64,000 nucleotides of DNA. It comes from a virus. The stretch is taken from IMG/VR virus record IMGVR_UViG_3300027736_000026, positions 1 to 64,000 of that record; one strand, 5' to 3'. Shown here one piece after another: positions 58,140 to 64,000 of this stretch. Position 1 is the first letter of the stretch. Every line of letters begins with the position of its first letter. The translations under genes and the position numbers were made by a program. A model generated the notes under the pieces. It saw only the letters and a list, made by a program, of their open reading frames with translations, was not told the origin of the DNA and did not search any database.

Positions 58140-59049
58140 TGAATTCCTTCATATATAAGTCTATCTCATTTTTGCCCATTAATCCAAAGTCTTTTTTAGT
58201 AGGGAGCTTTATCTTCACTTGGTTTTCGTCAAAGAACATTAATAGCTTAGAACGAGCTTTTTTGGCAGCTTCGTTGCCAGCAGAATTATTAAAAGAATCA
58301 TTATTAAATGCGACAACCACTCGTTGGACAGAGTTTTCTAAAAGAAATTTTATTATTTTGGGAGAGATTGCCAATCCAAAAGTGACAATGACATTCTTGT
58401 AACCAGCTTGCCATAAAGCCAGCATGTCTCCAATGCTTTCAATTAGGAATATCGTCTTGCTTTCAGAGATAGAATCCTTCCCAAAGAGCGCTGGGTAAAC
58501 CCACTCTTTTTTTGCTCCAAGATGTTTCCATTTTATGAAATCAGATCTATTTGAATCAATAAGCGATCTGCCGCTAAATCCTACAATTTTGCCAGAAGGA
58601 TTGTAGATAGGAAAGACATAACGATTAATCATGTTTCCTTTCTTAGCTGTTCCTCCTTTGAACTCAGCTATGGTTTCTTCTTTGATTCCTCTTTTGAACC
58701 AATAAGAGTGATCTTTTACAAGACCATCGAGCATTGACTCATTATAAATCTTTACTTGACTGATAATTGTTTTGTCTGGATTAGATACAATTCCTGTGAA
58801 ATTGAACTTCTCAGCAAGCATCTTATCTGCATGAGATAGATCGTTTAGATTAAGCGTGATTTGAACTAATTCACTTAACCTACCCCCTTTGCATAATTTG
58901 TAGTCATACCAGTAACCAGTGTTTTTATTTATGGCTAAGACGGTATCATTATCAGAGCTTCTATAAATTGGACGAGTTCTATACCAACTGCCAAAATCTT
59001 TAAGGTTTTGATAACCGATGTTGTTAAGTATTTCTTTTATATCGCTCAT
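58132..59049 (-). CDS. DnaG-like DNA primase (TOPRIM)
   Basis: RYVFPI...IVGFSGR, KWKH, FLIESIGDMLAL, AFNND...AGNEAA, KDFG. Adjacent to the helicase. Confidence 0.88.
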   Translation of the reverse strand: MSDIKEILNNIGYQNLKDFGSWYRTRPIYRSSDNDTVLAINKNTGYWYDYKLCKGGRLSELVQITLNLNDLSHADKMLAEKFNFTGIVSNPDKTIISQVKIYNESMLDGLVKDHSYWFKRGIKEETIAEFKGGTAKKGNMINRYVFPIYNPSGKIVGFSGRSLIDSNRSDFIKWKHLGAKKEWVYPALFGKDSISESKTIFLIESIGDMLALWQAGYKNVIVTFGLAISPKIIKFLLENSVQRVVVAFNNDSFNNSAGNEAAKKARSKLLMFFDENQVKIKLPTKKDFGLMGKNEIDLYMKEFNG

Positions 59050-60530
59050 AACAAAGAACCATCATTGGGATTGGCATCATTCAATAAAAATGTCTGGCGC
59101 TCTCTCTCAATAATGTTAGCCAAGGAACCCCTCTCTTCTACGCTGAAATTACTAATCTGAAAGTTGATAAAGTTTTGAACATATTTTTCATCGCCATGAT
59201 CATTTCTCCTTCTCATAAGATCCTGATGTCCAGCAGCATCTTTGCCTTGGAAGCGGCTCTTTAAAGTTATCAATTTATGTGTGCCGAAGTCTGGCGTATC
59301 GCGCTCTATTTCGTCAAGAGTTTTTCTTCGGAAAATCGCAACATAGCTGGCAAACCATTGAAGCCGATCAGACAAGGCGATTGCGGAACTATCATCGGTT
59401 ACGTCTCCAGCATTTCTATTGAAATTTTCACCAGATCTATTCATTTGCATTGCAGTGAATAGAGGGGCATTAATTTCTTCTGAAATCTTTTTAAGTTTAT
59501 CTATCTTTTCGCCAATGGCTTGATGCTCTGCCCAGTTTTGGCCGACCTTTTCTCCGGTAAGTTTGACGTAGTCATAACAAATAAGAGCAGGATTCCCTCT
59601 TCCAACTTTACTGTAATACCATCTACGGATAAAAGATATAATTTCGTCAATTCCTTTATTGCCAACACAATGATGAGTATAGTTATATTTGCTAAACTCT
59701 TTTAAGAAAGCTCTGATTTTGAAAACCATCTCAGGATCTTTACGCCAGTTTCCCGTGTCAATATACCAGAAAGGTACTCCAGTTTTCGCTGCTGCAATAC
59801 GGAGTTTCACATCTTGTGAAAACATTTCTGTATCAAGGTAAAGGACGCTAACCTTTTTATTCTTTAAATAAGCTCCAAGAGACATCTCAACCAAGAACGA
59901 GCTTTTGCCTTGACCGGGGCGACTGACGATTGCATAAACATTCCCATTTCTCAAGCCTCCATAAAGCCTTGCGAACTCTGGATAGTGCAAATCTATGCCT
60001 GATTCTTCTTGAGGATTATTACCTTTTTCTTCTATAAATGCCTCTATGTCATCAAAGATATTTCTAATCTCTTCAGTAGCATCAAAAGAATTAATCTTTT
60101 CGCCATATATAGAGTCTACTTCAGCTATGATTTGATTGGCGTTTTTCTCAGGATTGGTAGAAACAGTTTCTATTATTCTTTGCGCCATGCCTTTTATATC
60201 ACGACGAATAGAAAACTGCTTTAACTCTTGAGCATATTTAATAGCAGAATCTTTATTTGAAACTATTAAAGAAAGACAATCGATATAATCATATATGTCA
60301 AGATCCTCTTGGAAAGAAATGCCAAGATTCTGAATTTTCTGAGCCAGAATGACTTTATCTATTTTTTCTTTAGCGTTGCATATCTGGCGAATTATCGAAT
60401 ATATTGTTCCGTTTACATCGTTTGTAAAATCAATCTCTGATATAAAGTGATCTATATCGTAGAATGATTCTGAGTTTTTAATGAGCGAACCAAGCAAGGA
60501 TTGCTCTACCTTAATAGAGGAAAGTTTCAT
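59046..60530 (-). CDS. dnaB: Replicative DNA helicase, DnaB family
   Basis: EQSLLGSL N-domain, Walker A SRPGQGKS, LDTEM, YDYVKL, QMNR, KSRF. Confidence 0.9.
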   Translation of the reverse strand: MKLSSIKVEQSLLGSLIKNSESFYDIDHFISEIDFTNDVNGTIYSIIRQICNAKEKIDKVILAQKIQNLGISFQEDLDIYDYIDCLSLIVSNKDSAIKYAQELKQFSIRRDIKGMAQRIIETVSTNPEKNANQIIAEVDSIYGEKINSFDATEEIRNIFDDIEAFIEEKGNNPQEESGIDLHYPEFARLYGGLRNGNVYAIVSRPGQGKSSFLVEMSLGAYLKNKKVSVLYLDTEMFSQDVKLRIAAAKTGVPFWYIDTGNWRKDPEMVFKIRAFLKEFSKYNYTHHCVGNKGIDEIISFIRRWYYSKVGRGNPALICYDYVKLTGEKVGQNWAEHQAIGEKIDKLKKISEEINAPLFTAMQMNRSGENFNRNAGDVTDDSSAIALSDRLQWFASYVAIFRRKTLDEIERDTPDFGTHKLITLKSRFQGKDAAGHQDLMRRRNDHGDEKYVQNFINFQISNFSVEERGSLANIIERERQTFLLNDANPNDGSLL

Positions 60531-60546
60531 TTAACTAAAAAAAGAG

Positions 60547-60831
60547 TTACTTACTAGCAGGACCGTCTTCATTATCATCGTCTTCATCATCTTCTTTATC
60601 AGCAGCGATAATGTTATGGATCGTGTTTTCTAAATTGATTTGTTCAACAGCACTAAGCCAATTATTAATATAATAATGCATAGCCATTGCGTTCTGTGCA
60701 TTATCGAATTTAGATCTCACTTCTGGCATTCCTTTTTTATCAAAGGTGAATAATAAAAACCCTCCTTGAGAGCATTCATCTATTTGAGATAGAATACTGT
60801 CTGGAAACTGGAATTCTTTATTTTTTGCCAC
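60547..60831 (-). CDS. Hypothetical protein with acidic tail
   Basis: 94-aa ORF with GTG start that fits the operon packing. Confidence 0.65.
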   Translation of the reverse strand: MAKNKEFQFPDSILSQIDECSQGGFLLFTFDKKGMPEVRSKFDNAQNAMAMHYYINNWLSAVEQINLENTIHNIIAADKEDDEDDDNEDGPASK

Positions 60832-60839
60832 AGCTTATA

Positions 60840-61259
60840 TTACACCAGTGATATCTTGAATGTATGATATATATAATCGTAGCTTAATTTATTTAAATCA
60901 GATGTCTCTAACTCTAATAGTTGAAAACCGTTCTTCTCTAACCATACAGATTTCTTATAGTCTCTTTTTATAGAGTTAAGATAATTCAATCTAGAATTGT
61001 TATGAAAGAATTTATTAAAAGAAGAATGCTGATCTCCATTAACTTCTATCGCTATTTTGCGGGAAATATTAATAAAGTCTACTTTCATTCTGCTTCCGAA
61101 TACCGGGAACTCTTCATAACAGACATGAGTTTTCCAAAATGGCTTAAGAAACTGTTTAACTTGGAACTGAATCTTAGAGCGAGACTGTTTGTCCCAATCT
61201 ATTAAAAATTGAGAAACATTTTTGTTAATTATCCTGCCGGTTACAGAATATAACTTCAT
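60840..61259 (-). CDS. Vsr/DUF559-like PD-(D/E)XK endonuclease
   Basis: EEFPV...VDF...IAIEVNGDQH...RDYKK...GFQLLEL. Confidence 0.8.
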   Translation of the reverse strand: MKLYSVTGRIINKNVSQFLIDWDKQSRSKIQFQVKQFLKPFWKTHVCYEEFPVFGSRMKVDFINISRKIAIEVNGDQHSSFNKFFHNNSRLNYLNSIKRDYKKSVWLEKNGFQLLELETSDLNKLSYDYIYHTFKISLV

Positions 61260-62407
61260 TTTGATTGGACAGCTTTTAGCTTGCCAAAAAGATACTTGGT
61301 AGCTTGTTCGTTTTCTTCAAGCCATTTTCTGAAATTCTCTCTTCCTTGGTGTTGCTTAGGCATTTCAATTCCAGCGTTCTTAAGCTCTTCGACTAAAGAA
61401 TCGTCTACCGTAATCCAAGCCCCCTTTGCAACTACAAGATCCCACATGAGTAGGCAATCAAGAATCTCATACTCAACCCAGATGCCAGAAGGCTTTTTTC
61501 CAAATTTAATAGGATATTGGACGATGTTTTTGCGAGTAGCTTCGCTGGTAGATTTTTGGATCATTACTTTGGAATACTTACCAATCGATTTAGTCTTGCC
61601 ATCATTCATCTTCCCTGCTGGGTTGTCAAGAATATAGTCGCCCATCGCTGTCGTGCTATACTCTAGGATAAAGTCAGCCCAATGCAATAATGCATTTCCG
61701 CCGCTAAACATTCCTCCTCTTGGAGCATTTTTAGCATAGGGATCGATCTTAATTTCAGAAGTGATCTGGCTAACTGCGATCATTAGATGACCATGCTTAA
61801 ACATACCAATACTTAGTGATTGCAGGAGCTTCTTGCTGATGACTTGAGTTCCGGCGACCTTGCTCGCGTCTGCTGGGCTTGTGTCCTTATCTCTCTTTAA
61901 GATAAGACCGTCCATAGAATCAATAACAAAACAATAACGATTATCTTCTTCATTATTAAGGACAAGATCTTTAATAACGTCAATTACTAAATCATAAACA
62001 TTAGATTCAAGGATAAACACTGAGCCGTCAGTCCATTCTGATGCATCGGTGACGAACTTGATCCCGCAGCGTTCTCTGTTTTCCTTAGAGAGACGACCCT
62101 CTGCTAAGACCCAGACTACTCTACTTTTCGGGATTTCTAAAAGAAAATTTCTGCAAATTTCTATCGCTTGGGGTGTTTTGCCTTCATTATTTGGTCCACA
62201 AAGACGGATAAGAGAAGGGGTGATGCCTCCACCTACCGCAGCATCTAAAAGCAAGCTCCCAGTAGAGATCTTCCAAGTCACTGCTTCTTCAAAATTAAAG
62301 TGATCATCTTTGTGATCTTTGTGATTAAGAATAGATTGGAGTCTGCTTGAAGCTCCAATGCTTGAGTTTTTTTCTTCAGGTTGCTGTTGTTTCGGGGGCT
62401 TTGCCAT
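61256..62407 (-). CDS. recA: RecA/UvsX-like recombinase
   Basis: ISTGSLLLDAAVGGG, GPNNEGKT (Walker A), VIDSMDGL (Walker B), SGGNALLH, AKGAW. Confidence 0.85.
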   Translation of the reverse strand: MAKPPKQQQPEEKNSSIGASSRLQSILNHKDHKDDHFNFEEAVTWKISTGSLLLDAAVGGGITPSLIRLCGPNNEGKTPQAIEICRNFLLEIPKSRVVWVLAEGRLSKENRERCGIKFVTDASEWTDGSVFILESNVYDLVIDVIKDLVLNNEEDNRYCFVIDSMDGLILKRDKDTSPADASKVAGTQVISKKLLQSLSIGMFKHGHLMIAVSQITSEIKIDPYAKNAPRGGMFSGGNALLHWADFILEYSTTAMGDYILDNPAGKMNDGKTKSIGKYSKVMIQKSTSEATRKNIVQYPIKFGKKPSGIWVEYEILDCLLMWDLVVAKGAWITVDDSLVEELKNAGIEMPKQHQGRENFRKWLEENEQATKYLFGKLKAVQSK

Positions 62408-62768
62408 GATTAAGAAATTCTTTTAAAGTTCTGGGCTTTTTGACGATAGGAATGTCTTCGCCCACTTTGCTGTCCTCTTGATTATAGCTGGTCGCGACCT
62501 TTGAGTCAAAGCTTTCTTTCAGCTTTTCTTTCGACTCCTTGAGGTCTTTCCGTTGAAGGAAAAGGGAATATCTGTCTTTTAGTATTGTTAAGTTCTTTTT
62601 AGACCGAAAAAATCCAAGATTAGAAACTGTTGGGTGCGGCTCAAGCCATTCCCAAAACCCATGCTCAGGGAAAATTTTTAAAAGCGCCGTAGCAGCCTTC
62701 ATATCCCTAGCCCAGTTTCTTTCGTTTTCCCTGACAAATTTTTCTACAATTGTTTGTTGAATGGACAT
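62376..62768 (-). CDS. Hypothetical protein
   Basis: 130-aa ORF coupled to gmd by a TAATG overlap. Confidence 0.65.
   Translation of the reverse strand: MSIQQTIVEKFVRENERNWARDMKAATALLKIFPEHGFWEWLEPHPTVSNLGFFRSKKNLTILKDRYSLFLQRKDLKESKEKLKESFDSKVATSYNQEDSKVGEDIPIVKKPRTLKEFLNHGKAPETTAT
62481..62509 (-). promoter_or_regulatory. Sigma70-type promoter upstream of the recA-like gene
   Basis: TTGACT (62509-62504), 17 bp, TATAAT (62486-62481), inside the upstream ORF. Confidence 0.65.
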
Positions 62769-63820
62769 TAAGTTTGATTCAGATCAGAAATTACCATGTC
62801 TTTTACTAATTGATGAAAAGACCATTTTGGCCTCCATCCTAATTCTAGGCGAGCTTTGGAAGAGTCTCCAAGTAAAAGCTCTACCTCTGCTGGGCGAAAG
62901 AATTTTGGATCAATTTTAACCAGAACAGAGGAGTTGACTTCGTTCTTGATGGCGTATTCAGTCGAGAAGGAATATTCTTCACTCGTCCCATGACCATGCC
63001 AAAACCCTTCTACACCAACTTCTTTAAATGCTAGCTCAACGAATTCTCTAATCGTATGAGCTTCATTACTAGAAAGGACATACTCATTTGGATGTTCTTG
63101 GTTAAGCATCTTCCATACTCCATCAACGAAATCAATAGCATGACTCCAGTCTCTTTTTGCGTCAACATTACCTAGATGAATAGGTTCGAAAGAATCTCCA
63201 TTTTTAATAGCTTTAAATATCTTTGCTACTCCTTTAGTAATTTTTCGCGTAACAAATTCTTCTCCTCTTCTTGGGGATTCGTGATTAAAAAGTTGGCCTT
63301 GAATGGCAAACAAATTATATGATTCTCGATACACCTTCATAATGTGCCTTGCGGCGCATTTTGCTGCTCCATAAGGAGACCTTGGGGAAAGCGGATGCTT
63401 CTCGTCTTGAGGTATATACTTGACATCTCCAAACTCTTCTGAGCTTCCAGCGTTGTAAAATCTGCACTTAGGAGAGTGCTTTCGCACGGCCTCAAGACAT
63501 CTTAGCACTCCCATTGCGTCAACGTCAAATGTTTGTTCAGGAATTTGCCAGCTTGAGCCAACAAAAGATTGAGCCGCGAAATTAATAAAGTAATCGGGCT
63601 TTACGTCCCTTACTACATTATCAATAGATTGAGAATCTGAGAGATCAATAGTGACAAGACTGAATCTTTTATTATCTAAGTGATTAGAAAAATTAGAATA
63701 GTTTGGCTTAGAGAGTCTTCTCACTGCGCCAAAAATATTATAATTAGTATTCTCAAGTAAATAATCTGCCATGTAAGATCCATCTTGCCCAGAAATTCCT
63801 GTGATTATTACGTTTTTCAT
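62768..63820 (-). CDS. gmd: GDP-mannose 4,6-dehydratase
   Basis: ITGISGQDGSY, AAQSFV, SSEEFG, PRSPYGAAK, FNHESPRRGEEFVTRKIT, RDW, RPAEVELLLGD. Confidence 0.95.
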   Translation of the reverse strand: MKNVIITGISGQDGSYMADYLLENTNYNIFGAVRRLSKPNYSNFSNHLDNKRFSLVTIDLSDSQSIDNVVRDVKPDYFINFAAQSFVGSSWQIPEQTFDVDAMGVLRCLEAVRKHSPKCRFYNAGSSEEFGDVKYIPQDEKHPLSPRSPYGAAKCAARHIMKVYRESYNLFAIQGQLFNHESPRRGEEFVTRKITKGVAKIFKAIKNGDSFEPIHLGNVDAKRDWSHAIDFVDGVWKMLNQEHPNEYVLSSNEAHTIREFVELAFKEVGVEGFWHGHGTSEEYSFSTEYAIKNEVNSSVLVKIDPKFFRPAEVELLLGDSSKARLELGWRPKWSFHQLVKDMVISDLNQT

Positions 63821-63999
63821 GTTTTGAATTCGGTTATTCTATTAGAAAAAAATTTGTTTTGTAAATTAATCTTCATTTGATACCTTACAAAATTAGTTTT
63901 ATCTAATTCTTTTGATGTAATTTTATTATTTCTAGCAAGCTCAACAGCATCAAAAGTTTTTTTATTAGCATCGACCATGTCTCTATACTCTTGCGAATT
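63817..63999 (-). CDS. Hypothetical protein, 5' truncated by the window edge
   Basis: Open frame NSQEYRDMVDANKKTFDAVE...NRITEFKT* ending in an ATGA overlap with the gmd start. Confidence 0.6.
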   Translation of the reverse strand, partial: NSQEYRDMVDANKKTFDAVELARNNKITSKELDKTNFVRYQMKINLQNKFFSNRITEFKT

Positions 64000-64000
64000 G

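Noticed and set aside
1661-62303. Short antisense or alternate-frame ORFs in the ORF track (e.g. 17301-17723, 23538-23939, 36855-37250, 52085-52465, 61281-61637)
   Set aside because: They lie within well-supported genes and have no recognisable motifs, so they are treated as shadow ORFs.
1-64000. Stop-codon reassignment (TAG or TGA read as sense)
   Set aside because: Standard-code ORFs are long and tile the window almost completely, and TAG and TGA end plausible genes (e.g. 49537, 55807).
48829-64000. Bacterial chromosome flank (prophage boundary) suggested by dnaE, dnaB, recA and gmd
   Set aside because: The genes are divergent, tightly packed with phage-type nucleases and hypotheticals, and similar in composition to the structural block. 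No integrase or att site was seen.
1-64000. tRNA, rRNA or structured ncRNA genes
   Set aside because: Intergenic gaps are under about 100 bp and none showed a cloverleaf or other recognisable RNA structure.

Overview
This AT-rich, densely coded window looks like part of a large tailed dsDNA phage genome with a lambda-like non-contractile tail tip. It has four blocks. (1) + strand, 1-27774: a truncated tail fibre, three LamG/concanavalin-like proteins with an HNH endonuclease between two of them, an Ig-domain protein, putative neck genes, two paralogous tail-tube genes, putative tail chaperones and a 3608-aa tape measure protein (TMP). (2) - strand, 27754-40522: an inverted lambda-like tip operon, M-L-K-K'-I-J, plus two accessory genes. 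(3) + strand, 40580-48828: three more tube-like paralogues and a large IPT/LamG protein. (4) - strand, 48829-64000: replication, recombination and glycosylation genes (gmd, RecA-like, DnaB, primase, PD-(D/E)XK nucleases, a DnaE split into PHP, exonuclease and core genes, GT4 and GT9). The strongest candidate for an undescribed system is inside the TMP. About 1,270 aa are organised as cassettes, each bounded by a recurring xxG[FYH][IV]PNF motif. They hold a GHKL ATPase with an HExxH metallopeptidase, a possible PD-(D/E)XK nuclease and a possible GNAT domain, suggesting a virion-delivered effector polyprotein. All product calls come from motif recognition by eye; no database search was run.
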